64,000 bases of DNA from Planctomycetota bacterium (GTDB lineage Bacteria > Planctomycetota > MHYJ01 > JACQXL01 > JACRIJ01). Below the pieces are notes generated by a model. It had not been told where the DNA came from, made no database searches, and saw only the letters and a list, made by a program, of their open reading frames with translations. The stretch covers positions 233 through 64,232 of the forward strand of contig JACRIJ010000102.1 of assembly GCA_016220095.1 (NCBI GenBank), read 5' to 3'. Positions 28,046 through 36,062 of the stretch are shown here, piece by piece. The translations under genes and the position numbers were made by a program. Position 1 is the first letter of the stretch. Every line of letters starts with the position of its first letter.

Positions 28046-29854
28046 ATGGATGACCGTTTTGACATAATCGTTATCGGCGCCGGGCACGCTGGTTGCGAAG
28101 CCGCGCTCGTCTGCGCGCGCATGGACTGTAAAACCCTGCTCCTTACGATGTCCATTGACACCGTGGCGCAGATGTCATGCAATCCTGCTATCGGCGGCCT
28201 TGCCAAGGGCCAACTCGTACGCGAAATTGATGCCCTCGGCGGCGAAATGGCCAAGGCAACCGATTCTACAGGCATCCAATTCCGCGTCCTAAACACAAAA
28301 AAAGGCCTTGCCGTGCAATCCCCCCGCGCCCAATGCGATAAACGCGCGTATCATTTATATATGAAGGCCATAGTGCTTTCCCAACCGGGCCTCACTGTGA
28401 TTGAAGATGTCGCGGATGAACTGCTCATTGAAAACGGCGCCGCTTGCGGACTGATAACTTCTTCAGGAAAGAAATATGCCGCAGGCGCGATAATACTGGC
28501 CCCGGGAACATTCATGAAAGGCCTCATGCATACCGGCGAAAAACAGACCGCCGGAGGCCGGATAAGCGAACCTTCAGCCGAAAGAATTTCGGATTCTTTG
28601 CGCAACCTCGGCTTTAAGATAGGCCGTTTGAAAACCGGCACCCCGCCGCGCCTGCATAAGGATTCGCTGGATTATTCAAAACTGACGCCCCAATACGGCG
28701 ATGAACCGCCGAAACCGTTTTCGTTTTCCGTTGAAAAAATCACACGAAGCCAGATTCCCTGCTACATAACTTACACCAATCCCTCTGCGCACGAAATCCT
28801 GCGCGCTAACCTCCACAGGGCTCCCATGTATTCCGGCCAGATCAAATCCCGCGGCCCGCGCTACTGCCCTTCCATTGAAGACAAGATAGTCAGGTTTGCG
28901 GATAAAGATAAACACCAGATATTCCTGGAACCCGAAGGCCTTGATACGCCGGAAATATACTGCAACGGGATCTCCACAAGCACTCCGGCTGACGTGCAGG
29001 AAGCATTGGTACATTCCATCGCGGGACTGGAAACAGCGCAGTTCATCAGATACGGCTACGCCGTGGAATACGATTACGCGCCGCCCGAACAATTGAACCT
29101 CACTCTTGAAACCAAACTTGTCAAAAGCCTGTATTTCGCCGGACAGCTCAACGGCACTTCCGGGTACGAAGAGGCCGCGGCGCAGGGATTGATAGCCGGC
29201 ATAAACGCCGCGCTTAAACTCCGGGGAAAAACGCCTTTCATATTAAAACGCTCCGAAGCATACATAGGGGTAATGATTGATGATATCGTAACTCTCGGCA
29301 TTACGGAACCTTACAGGATGTTCACATCCCGGGCGGAGTACCGGCTCCTCCTGAGAAGCGATAACGCGGACAGGCGGCTGATGCGATACGGATATGAATT
29401 GGGACTGGTTGGCGAAGAGCTGAAGAAGCGCCTTGATGAAAAAGAATCGCTGATAAAACAAACGATTGGTTTCCTGAACGGCAAATTCTCCGGAGGCAAA
29501 CCGTTCACGCAGATATTGAAAAGGCCTGATATGGACTACAATAAGCTGACTGAAAAAACCGGCGCTATTGACGGCCTGCCCGCATTGCCCGCTGAAGTCC
29601 GAGAGCAGGTGGAGATTGAAGTAAAATACGAAGGATATATTGAAAGACAGGCCAGGCAGGTGGAGAAATTCGCGGTACTTGAAAACAAGCTTATACCTGA
29701 GGGCATTGACTACGAAAAGATAAAGCACATAAGATTTGAGGCAAAAGAAAAATTGTCCAAAATCCGTCCGATTTCATTAGGCCAGGCCAGCCGGATATCG
29801 GGCATCACGCCGGCGGATATAACCACCCTGATGGTGTATCTGAGGATAAGATGA
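28046..29854 (+). CDS. mnmG: tRNA uridine 5-carboxymethylaminomethyl modification enzyme
   Basis: 602-aa ORF. FDIIVIGAGHAGCEAAL, CNPAIGG.AKG.LVREIDALGG, GPRYCPSIEDK and the YAIEYD-like YAVEYDY are hallmark MnmG/GidA motifs. Confidence 0.95.
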   Translation: MDDRFDIIVIGAGHAGCEAALVCARMDCKTLLLTMSIDTVAQMSCNPAIGGLAKGQLVREIDALGGEMAKATDSTGIQFRVLNTKKGLAVQSPRAQCDKRAYHLYMKAIVLSQPGLTVIEDVADELLIENGAACGLITSSGKKYAAGAIILAPGTFMKGLMHTGEKQTAGGRISEPSAERISDSLRNLGFKIGRLKTGTPPRLHKDSLDYSKLTPQYGDEPPKPFSFSVEKITRSQIPCYITYTNPSAHEILRANLHRAPMYSGQIKSRGPRYCPSIEDKIVRFADKDKHQIFLEPEGLDTPEIYCNGISTSTPADVQEALVHSIAGLETAQFIRYGYAVEYDYAPPEQLNLTLETKLVKSLYFAGQLNGTSGYEEAAAQGLIAGINAALKLRGKTPFILKRSEAYIGVMIDDIVTLGITEPYRMFTSRAEYRLLLRSDNADRRLMRYGYELGLVGEELKKRLDEKESLIKQTIGFLNGKFSGGKPFTQILKRPDMDYNKLTEKTGAIDGLPALPAEVREQVEIEVKYEGYIERQARQVEKFAVLENKLIPEGIDYEKIKHIRFEAKEKLSKIRPISLGQASRISGITPADITTLMVYLRIR

Positions 29855-29934
29855 TTTACGATTTAAGATTTGAGATTTATGATCTACGATTTGCGATTTG
29901 CGATCTGGGATCTGCGATTTGAGGTCTGAGATAC
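29855..29934. repeat. quasi-periodic gatttgcgat / gatctg tract (reverse complement of the agatctcaaatc family) just after the mnmG stop
   Basis: Read directly: tttacgatttaagatttgagatttatgatctacgatttgcgatttgcgatctgggatctgcgatttgaggtctgagatacg. Confidence 0.9.
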
Positions 29935-30052
29935 GAAACGAATTAGCCGCGGAAGTGATGGAATGTTAGGGTGATAGTCTAATTACACGTAAGAACGGTT
30001 TTACCTGTCATTCTTCCGTCCCGTCCGTCCTTCGTTTTTCATTCTTCCTTCT

Positions 30053-31855
30053 TCATTTTGACGGCAGAACGGTATCTATCACAAACAAATCATCCTTGTA
30101 ATAAATTATCCCCGCAAAAGGCCGCAGATATTCATAGAAAACGCCTCCGTCCGGTATCGCGTTCCCGATCTTTTCCAGACGCGGCGCGTCTTTGCCCTGG
30201 GCCGCTCCGGATACCGCGGTCTTGAAAACGGCCGCGTAAAAATCCAGGAATTCCGGCGTATTCAGATAACAATAAACGCATTTCTTACTGGAAGACAACA
30301 TTGAATTGATTTTCTTGACCTCAGGGTCCTGGGCCATAGAACCGGACGGCTCAGCCAACGTATCCACGATTTTTTTCAGCAATTCGCCTGTTGCCATAAT
30401 AAAATACCCGTTCTTTACGCAATGGCCGAACTCTAACGGCACAGGATACCATACTATCTTCGCGTTCCGGTATTGTTCTTCGGTAAAAATACTGTTCTTA
30501 GAACTGTCCGCGCCGGAAAGTTTTTCGAGTTTGCTTATCAGACTGCCCATCATGGACTTGAATTTCGCTTCATTCCTCAGTTTTACGGCAATGCCGAATT
30601 GAATCGCGTTTAACGCCTGTTTGCCCGCAAACGCGGCCTTCAGTTTCGCGGGATTCAAATCAACCATCTGAATAATCTCATCACCCATCGTATCAAGCAT
30701 TTCCTGAAAATCTATGCCGAGTTCGTTTTCCTGGTCATCCAGTTCCTTTAGCCGCTTATCCACTTCGGCATTATATATTTTCTGCAGTATTCCGACGTAA
30801 TTTTCGTAAACATCCGGCAGGGAAGCTGAAATCGTCACCACGGCCATAGTGTCTTTGGGAACGCATTTCAGGGCTTCAAATTCGCCCTTCTGCGCCTTGG
30901 GAAACAGGCTGGCAAAACCCGTAGGCGTAGGTATGCGTATAAAACCCTTGCCGACGAGGTTTCCGCCCGCGATGCCGGCCCCGTACACGGTTTCCTTGAG
31001 GCTCCCTACCCCGAAGAGCTCAAGGAATTCATAGAATCTTTTTTCGTTTTCTTTCATTATTGCCGGGATATATTTTACGTCCCTTCTTACCAGCGCGTCG
31101 GGATTGCATACCCTCTTTTCCAGGTTTTTCACGGCCTTTTCGCCGTTGAAATAAGACAGGCAGACGGGATTTTTCAATTCGTTTTTCAGCCGCCTGTAAA
31201 CGAAATTTTTCGCGAGCGGATTCTGCGCCGGCCCCATGTAAGAATCTATCAAAGACTTGACGGCGCTTTCGTTTTCGGAAAACATCACGGTATTGTCAAT
31301 AAACCCGTAATACCCTGCCTTTTTCCTGCCTGAAGAAACCGTCTTATATTCAACCTTTCTGTACGTATTCTTTTCCACGTCCAGGTTATATTCCATAATC
31401 CAATTCTTAACGACATATGCGTCAAACACGCTTTTATCGGAAACATCAAAGAACAAAACCGTCCTTTCAACCGCGTCCGCAGGGTCTTTTTCCTTTTCAA
31501 AAGGGTCAAACGATACGAGCGCGCATTGCCCCTGAATCTGTTCTTGGAGGAACCCGAGCATTTCATCCCATGATACGGGCGAATCCTTTTCCCTCATCTG
31601 AGCATTCAGGAATTTCATAATTGTATTGCCGATTTTGGCCATGTCATCGGTTTCCAGCAATTTCCCAAGGGAGGTCTCTTTCAGAGCGGCGAGCGAGCCG
31701 GCTATATCCGGCACATAGACAAAGGCCATCACGTCTTCGCTGATGAACGAGTCGTATTGTTTTTTCTGCTGGGAAAAAGAAACGCCCTGAAAAACGAACA
31801 GCGTAAGAAATGCGGCGGCAAATAGTTTTAAACAGCTTTTTTTCATAAATTTCAC
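30053..31855 (-). CDS. secreted protein of unknown function
   Basis: 600-aa ORF with a signal peptide (KKSCLKLFAAAFLTLFVFQGVSFS). The GTG start at 31855 overlaps the upstream stop as GTGA. The ATG at 31846 is an alternative start. I cannot assign a family with confidence. Confidence 0.7.
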   Translation of the reverse strand: MKFMKKSCLKLFAAAFLTLFVFQGVSFSQQKKQYDSFISEDVMAFVYVPDIAGSLAALKETSLGKLLETDDMAKIGNTIMKFLNAQMREKDSPVSWDEMLGFLQEQIQGQCALVSFDPFEKEKDPADAVERTVLFFDVSDKSVFDAYVVKNWIMEYNLDVEKNTYRKVEYKTVSSGRKKAGYYGFIDNTVMFSENESAVKSLIDSYMGPAQNPLAKNFVYRRLKNELKNPVCLSYFNGEKAVKNLEKRVCNPDALVRRDVKYIPAIMKENEKRFYEFLELFGVGSLKETVYGAGIAGGNLVGKGFIRIPTPTGFASLFPKAQKGEFEALKCVPKDTMAVVTISASLPDVYENYVGILQKIYNAEVDKRLKELDDQENELGIDFQEMLDTMGDEIIQMVDLNPAKLKAAFAGKQALNAIQFGIAVKLRNEAKFKSMMGSLISKLEKLSGADSSKNSIFTEEQYRNAKIVWYPVPLEFGHCVKNGYFIMATGELLKKIVDTLAEPSGSMAQDPEVKKINSMLSSSKKCVYCYLNTPEFLDFYAAVFKTAVSGAAQGKDAPRLEKIGNAIPDGGVFYEYLRPFAGIIYYKDDLFVIDTVLPSK

Positions 31856-32370
31856 CTGTCAAAATAAATGCTTTTACCGGTGGCGGAAATGGGGATTGCG
31901 AGAACGAAATCCGCGTCAATCAATTTAAGTTTTCTCGCCGACACGCCCGCGCGGTACATAACGCGGTTATCGGCGTTAAGCAGGCCGGCTGTCTTAGCCG
32001 CGGAGCCGAGCGCGATACCGAGGTCAATGAGGCGGTAGGCGCAATACGGGCCTTTGAATTCCGGCCCTTCCTTTTGCGCGAACAGTTGTCCGCATTCGGG
32101 ACAGCCGCAGGCGCCGCAATTCAGACCGAGTTTATCGGCATCTTTAATCCCTATAAGGACGACGGCCGCGGAATTCCTGACGTTATTCGCGTCGCGGTCA
32201 AAGTTTTTCTTACCGGTTTTTACGCCGTAGGCGGCCATTTCATCGGCAAGTTTATTCAAGGCATTGCCGTCAATTATTTCAATTTTGATGAAATTCCTGC
32301 CGAGAGCCTTAGGCGCGGTCTGCGCGGCAACGGCCATCATTTCGGCTATTGTTTTAAGGTAGTTTTTCAT
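31852..32370 (-). CDS. DUF2148-type ferredoxin-domain protein
   Basis: From MKNYLKTIAEMMAVAAQTAPKA. The Cys cluster LNCGACGCPECG and the overall layout resemble the DUF2148 family. The start is placed at the ATG at 32370. Confidence 0.7.
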   Translation of the reverse strand: MKNYLKTIAEMMAVAAQTAPKALGRNFIKIEIIDGNALNKLADEMAAYGVKTGKKNFDRDANNVRNSAAVVLIGIKDADKLGLNCGACGCPECGQLFAQKEGPEFKGPYCAYRLIDLGIALGSAAKTAGLLNADNRVMYRAGVSARKLKLIDADFVLAIPISATGKSIYFDR

Positions 32371-32421
32371 TAGAAACATCCTGCCATTCCTTCGTCCCGA
32401 TCTTCGTACGCCGTTCAACTG

Positions 32422-32463
32422 TCACCTGCTCACCTATCACCTTTCATCGTCGTCCCCCGCTAC
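32422..32463. repeat. 42-nt dispersed repeat, copy 1 (tcacctgctcacctatcacctttcatcg...cgctac)
   Basis: 40/42 identical to 33493-33534 in direct orientation. A degenerate third copy lies at about 33141-33185. Confidence 0.9.
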
Positions 32464-32643
32464 TCTTACTGTCTGTTTGAGCAGAGCGAATTACAGACAG
32501 TTAGACCCTGTCGCAATCCTACGACCGAGCAGTGCGAGGAAGTCCTGCGACCGAGCGGAGCGAAGGAAGTGTAACGAAGGTAGCTTGCCGAAGAGTCGCT
32601 ACTCGCTACTAATAAAACACCAAAATAAGCCGTTTGTGTCAAC

Positions 32644-32677
32644 AAAAAAACCCTTTCTTCCCATAAGAAAGGGTTTT
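32644..32677 (-). terminator. intrinsic terminator (9-bp GC/AT stem, U7 tail on the minus strand; weaker U4 tail on the plus strand)
   Basis: ccctttctt (32651-32659) pairs with aagaaaggg (32665-32673). An A7 run flanks it on the left (U7 on the minus transcript) and T4 on the right. Confidence 0.7.
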
Positions 32678-32957
32678 GGATGAGGCGGGGTATATTTGTC
32701 TTACGTCTCAACTTCTGCGTATTTTACCTGCCTGCGCGGCTTGTCCTCCGAAGCCATAGCAAAGGAGGAAGCCGCTTCGGTCGCCTACGCTCCAAAGCTT
32801 CAGCGACGGAGCGCAAAGGCAGGCACAAAACATTATTAACCACGAAGCACACGAAGTGTACGAAGTGTACGAAGAACGGTTCTAATGCAAAGATTGGCAT
32901 TCAGCGTTTTTCCCAGGAATCTTCGTGTTCTTCGTGAACTTCTCCCTTTTCCTTAAT

Positions 32958-33023
32958 ATAACATTTAATGTAAGAGATCCCGCGCAGGGAGTGGTAAAAA
33001 TTGCGTCGTTTTGGTTGCGGCTT
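32958..33023. repeat. 66-nt dispersed repeat, copy 1 (second copy at the cusA 3' end)
   Basis: ataacatttaatgtaagagatcccgcgcagggagtggtaaaaattgcgtcgttttggttgcggctt aligned by eye with 55707-55773 shows 4 substitutions and 1 indel. Confidence 0.9.
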
Positions 33024-33253
33024 TGCTGCTTTATTTTCTAACCGATAGACTTCCGCGGAAAAAATACACTTCTTGATAAGCGGGGTTTTTTACACCTCTG
33101 CTTTACAATTTGATATTTACAGTTTTCAATTTACAATATCACTCATCGTCTCACCTGCTCCCTTGCTCATCTGTTCGTCGTCCCTATCTACTATCTAATA
33201 ACTACTATCTACTTATCCCTATTTCTTCACTTTTCCTTCTTCCTCCTCGTCCG

Positions 33254-33391
33254 TCAATGCCCGTGATGGCCGCTATTGCCGCTGTTTCTGCCATCGTCAT
33301 GCTCATAACCACTGCAACCACTGATGAGGAAACCGCCTAAAAGTACCAGTGCAATCATAAACCCAATTGCAATTCTACGCCTGTTTTTCAT
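33254..33391 (-). CDS. 45-aa lipoprotein with His-rich tail (not in the ORF track)
   Basis: The minus strand reads aaaaaaggagataaa ATG and encodes MKNRRRIAIGFMIALVLLGGFLISGCSGYEHDDGRNSGNSGHHGH*. It has a strong RBS, a basic n-region, a hydrophobic core, the lipobox ISGC and an HHGH C-terminus. It lies next to the metal-binding genes. Confidence 0.45.
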   Translation of the reverse strand: MKNRRRIAIGFMIALVLLGGFLISGCSGYEHDDGRNSGNSGHHGH

Positions 33392-33492
33392 TTTATCTCC
33401 TTTTTTCCTAACAACCTGCTTCTAAACATGAAAAAGTATTCAACCCACTTCAGGGCTTCGTCCCGTCCGTCCATCCGTCTATCGTTCACCTA

Positions 33493-33534
33493 TCACCTGC
33501 TCACCTATCACCTTTCATCGCCGTCCCTCGCTAC
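33493..33534. repeat. 42-nt dispersed repeat, copy 2
   Basis: tcacctgctcacctatcacctttcatcgccgtccctcgctac, 40/42 identical to 32422-32463. Confidence 0.9.
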
Positions 33535-33561
33535 CCGCTACTCGCTTCTCGCTACTCGTTT

Positions 33562-34176
33562 TTATATCCCGCCGGTAAACATTACTGCCATCATAATAAC
33601 CATTCCGATGCCGCCAATTACTATCCACGCAGACGTGTTAGACTGCCCGTCCGAATGTCCTGCTCCGTCCGGAGAAGGCGAAACATTTTTAACAACGGTC
33701 ATTGTTACCGAATCGTCATTTTCAAGCAATACCCTGACCGTTATTTCATAAGAGCCGGCGGATTCAAATATATGTTTCAATTCGTAAATGCCGGCTTCAG
33801 GAGACGTTACTGCCTGGAGTTCAACCTCCTGGCCATGCCCGGCATGTTCTGAAAAAACCTGGTTTTGCGGTTTTATTTGAAAGAATACTTTTGCGCCGGA
33901 AATGCGCGCCCCGGTCTGCTTGTTTTTTAATTCAACAGACAACGCCGTTTCCGCTCCAGCCGCAAGCCCTGATGTTTTCAAAGATACTGACGCATCATTC
34001 GCGGTCATTTCGTCCACTGACACAGAAGGCGCACTGCTTTCATGGCCGCCGTGTCCGGAGTCATGCGGCGGCATACCGCACATGCCGCCGTCTCCGTGGC
34101 CCATCCCCATCATTGAACAGCCGGCTAATGCCGCAATAACGAATCCTGACAAAACCAATTTCTCTGCTGATTGCAT
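33562..34176 (-). CDS. Met/His-rich lipoprotein with FixH/YtkA-like beta-sandwich and C-terminal TM helix (putative periplasmic metal-binding protein)
   Basis: Lipobox LAGC, then MMGMGHGDGGMCGMPPHDSGHGGHE. The central segment (LSVELKNKQTGARISGAKVFFQI ... GIYELKHIFESAGSYEITVRV) resembles YtkA/FixH-type domains. The C-terminal helix is WIVIGGIGMVIMMAVMF. Confidence 0.6.
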   Translation of the reverse strand: MQSAEKLVLSGFVIAALAGCSMMGMGHGDGGMCGMPPHDSGHGGHESSAPSVSVDEMTANDASVSLKTSGLAAGAETALSVELKNKQTGARISGAKVFFQIKPQNQVFSEHAGHGQEVELQAVTSPEAGIYELKHIFESAGSYEITVRVLLENDDSVTMTVVKNVSPSPDGAGHSDGQSNTSAWIVIGGIGMVIMMAVMFTGGI

Positions 34177-34198
34177 AGCGCCATAATCCTTTCAATAA

Positions 34199-35110
34199 TT
34201 ATTTACAGCAATCGCATCCGGCCTCTTGGCCCGGCTCCATTTTCATGCCGCCGTCGTGTTTATGGCCGCCGCCATCCTTATGTTCTCCAGGCTTATTGTC
34301 CTTATGGCCGTCATGGCCGTCATGGCCGTCTTTCTTTTCTGCCGGCGCATCCCACTTCTGCAATTCGCCGCACTTAATCATTGAAGAGCCGAAATAGGGA
34401 TTTGCGGGCTCCTTAGAGTCCTGGATCCAGCTTCCGGGCGCCATATCGCAATGAAACATGGAATATTTATCCTTATCGGAAACAAAGTTTTTTGTAAATT
34501 CTATGACCGCGTCGCTCAGGCCCTTGAATGATTCGCGGACTGTTTTTATATCAAGCTGTTTCTTGACGAGGTCCATGCCGCATATCGGGCATTTACCGGC
34601 CGCGTCCTTTTTCACCTGGGGGTGCATTGAACACGTATATTCGGTTTTGACCATGCTATCGGCCGAGGATTTGATTTTAGCGGAATTTTTCACAAAATTG
34701 TCCAGTTTATCCTTATCCAGGGAAGACGGCGCAAGCTTGGCAAGCACGTCTGCGTTTGCGCTGATTTTTGCGGCATTTGCCTGGACGTCGGCAACGGAAT
34801 CCTTCGCAAGGGCCTTCTGGATTCCGAGGTAACCGGCAAGCGCCTTGTTAAAGTAGAACGCGTAATCATCCGACATGGCCTTGAAATACTTTTCAGGGTC
34901 TTTCTGGAAATCAGCCTGGCATTCCTTCATGCAGAAATAAAACGTAATGTCTTTGTAAACCTCGGATGCGGCTATTTGTTCCTTACCGAATTCGCCTTCA
35001 TCGGAACATAAATAGCATTTATAGGTTTCCCCGCCGGCAAAAGCCGTATTGCCCGAGAAAGCAAGCCAGAGCGTCAAAAAACACGCAACACCAATAATGA
35101 ACCTGTTCAT
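34199..35110 (-). CDS. periplasmic heavy-metal-binding protein (YHS/TRASH-like Cys motif + HMBD CxMHP..CPxCGM + DUF3347-like region + His-rich, CDCC tail)
   Basis: The start is at MNRFIIGVACFL (RBS AGGAGG). It contains CYLCSDEG...FYFCMKEC, CSMHPQVKKDAAGKCPICGMDL (the motif also present in the CusB-like protein here) and FHCDMAPGSWIQ..NPYFGSSMIKCGE (DUF3347-like). The tail is HDGHDGHKDNKPGEHKDGGGHKHDGG...GCDCCK. Confidence 0.75.
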   Translation of the reverse strand: MNRFIIGVACFLTLWLAFSGNTAFAGGETYKCYLCSDEGEFGKEQIAASEVYKDITFYFCMKECQADFQKDPEKYFKAMSDDYAFYFNKALAGYLGIQKALAKDSVADVQANAAKISANADVLAKLAPSSLDKDKLDNFVKNSAKIKSSADSMVKTEYTCSMHPQVKKDAAGKCPICGMDLVKKQLDIKTVRESFKGLSDAVIEFTKNFVSDKDKYSMFHCDMAPGSWIQDSKEPANPYFGSSMIKCGELQKWDAPAEKKDGHDGHDGHKDNKPGEHKDGGGHKHDGGMKMEPGQEAGCDCCK

Positions 35111-35210
35111 ACGATAAACCTCCTGAAAAAATCCCATTGCAAATCAACTGCGCTGATTCGCTGTCATTATTAAAACGTACAAGGCGGCGAATTTATTCAT
35201 GCCAATGGGC

Positions 35211-35343
35211 AATGACGAATTAATAGTTTGAAATTAAGGATTAAGAATAACGGACGGGAGGCGCGATACGAGATGTGTGATGTGAGATCTGCGATGAGAG
35301 ATGCGGGTAAAATCTGTGATCGTTTACCCGTAATCTTTAAATC
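35211..35343 (+). repeat. 133-bp direct repeat, left copy, flanking the TA-TPR cassette
   Basis: Base-by-base comparison with 36870-37002 shows 131/133 identical (G/A at 35226 vs 36885; G/A at 35318 vs 36977). Confidence 0.95.
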
Positions 35344-35374
35344 CTGCAATCTTTTAATCTGTTATAAAAAACAA

Positions 35375-35403
35375 TTGACTTTCCTATTTCAATATTGTAT
35401 AAT
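35375..35403 (+). promoter_or_regulatory. sigma70-type promoter (TTGACT - 17 nt - TATAAT) for the toxin-antitoxin operon
   Basis: ttgact at 35375-35380 and tataat at 35398-35403. RBS GGAG and the ATG at 35472 follow. Confidence 0.5.
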
Positions 35404-35471
35404 TCCAACAGCAGGAAAACAAAATGTGTTTCCCAAAACTATTATAATGACCTTAATAATGGAGAAAATAT

Positions 35472-35699
35472 ATGAAAGATTTTTCTGCAGTTAATGACAT
35501 ATTGCAAGCAGCTAAAAACCTTGACGTATCGGAAGAAATAATGCTTTTGAATAAATTATCTAAAGACGTATTACGCAAGACCCGAAAAGCCAACTCCGGT
35601 ATAAACAAAGAATACTGGCTTTCTTTATGCAAGAAAACGTTTACAGACGTGTGGGACAATCCTGAGGATAACATTTACAATGAATTGCTTAAAAGGTGA
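35472..35699 (+). CDS. putative antitoxin (addiction-module component-like)
   Basis: 75-aa ORF that overlaps the downstream MazF-like gene by 20 nt. The N-terminal helix has the pattern LDVSEEIMLLNKL, typical of small antitoxin components. It is paralogous in pattern to the decayed ORF at 57484-57714. Confidence 0.6.
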   Translation: MKDFSAVNDILQAAKNLDVSEEIMLLNKLSKDVLRKTRKANSGINKEYWLSLCKKTFTDVWDNPEDNIYNELLKR

Positions 35700-36018
35700 T
35701 GTCGTGTTATTTCCATACCCATTTAGCAATTTGACCGGACGCAAAGTCCGGCCTGCTGTTATTGTGGGAAAAACAAGTTCTAATTCATCAGATGTTTTTA
35801 TTGTTCCGCTTACAAGCAGAACAAACAATTTAGCGGAAGGAGAATTTGTCCTGTTTGACACAAAACAAGCCGGGTTAAATGTAATATCAGCTGTAAAACG
35901 CGGATGTTTTCTCGTGGACAGGCAGTTAACAATTTCAAAAATCGGCAAATTATCTTCGCGGGATTTACTACTGCTTGAGAACTCGCTCCGAAATTGGTTA
36001 GATCTGCAAAAAGCATAG
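35680..36018 (+). CDS. PemK/MazF-family toxin (mRNA interferase)
   Basis: 112-aa ORF. KGDVVLFPYPFSNLTGRKVRPAVIVG ... FIVPLTSR is the canonical PemK/MazF N-terminal signature. Confidence 0.8.
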   Translation: MNCLKGDVVLFPYPFSNLTGRKVRPAVIVGKTSSNSSDVFIVPLTSRTNNLAEGEFVLFDTKQAGLNVISAVKRGCFLVDRQLTISKIGKLSSRDLLLLENSLRNWLDLQKA

Positions 36019-36062
36019 AAGATTCCGGCTATAAAGGGGCTTTTTTGAGAGGAGCAATTATT

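Noticed and set aside
32466-33751. Listed ORFs 32466-32711, 32680-32937, 33110-33340 and 33428-33751.
   Set aside because: Their translations are dominated by repeat-derived low-complexity strings (HLLTYHLSS, SLLATR, KCTKCTK). They have no RBS, and some overlap the better-supported minus-strand genes.
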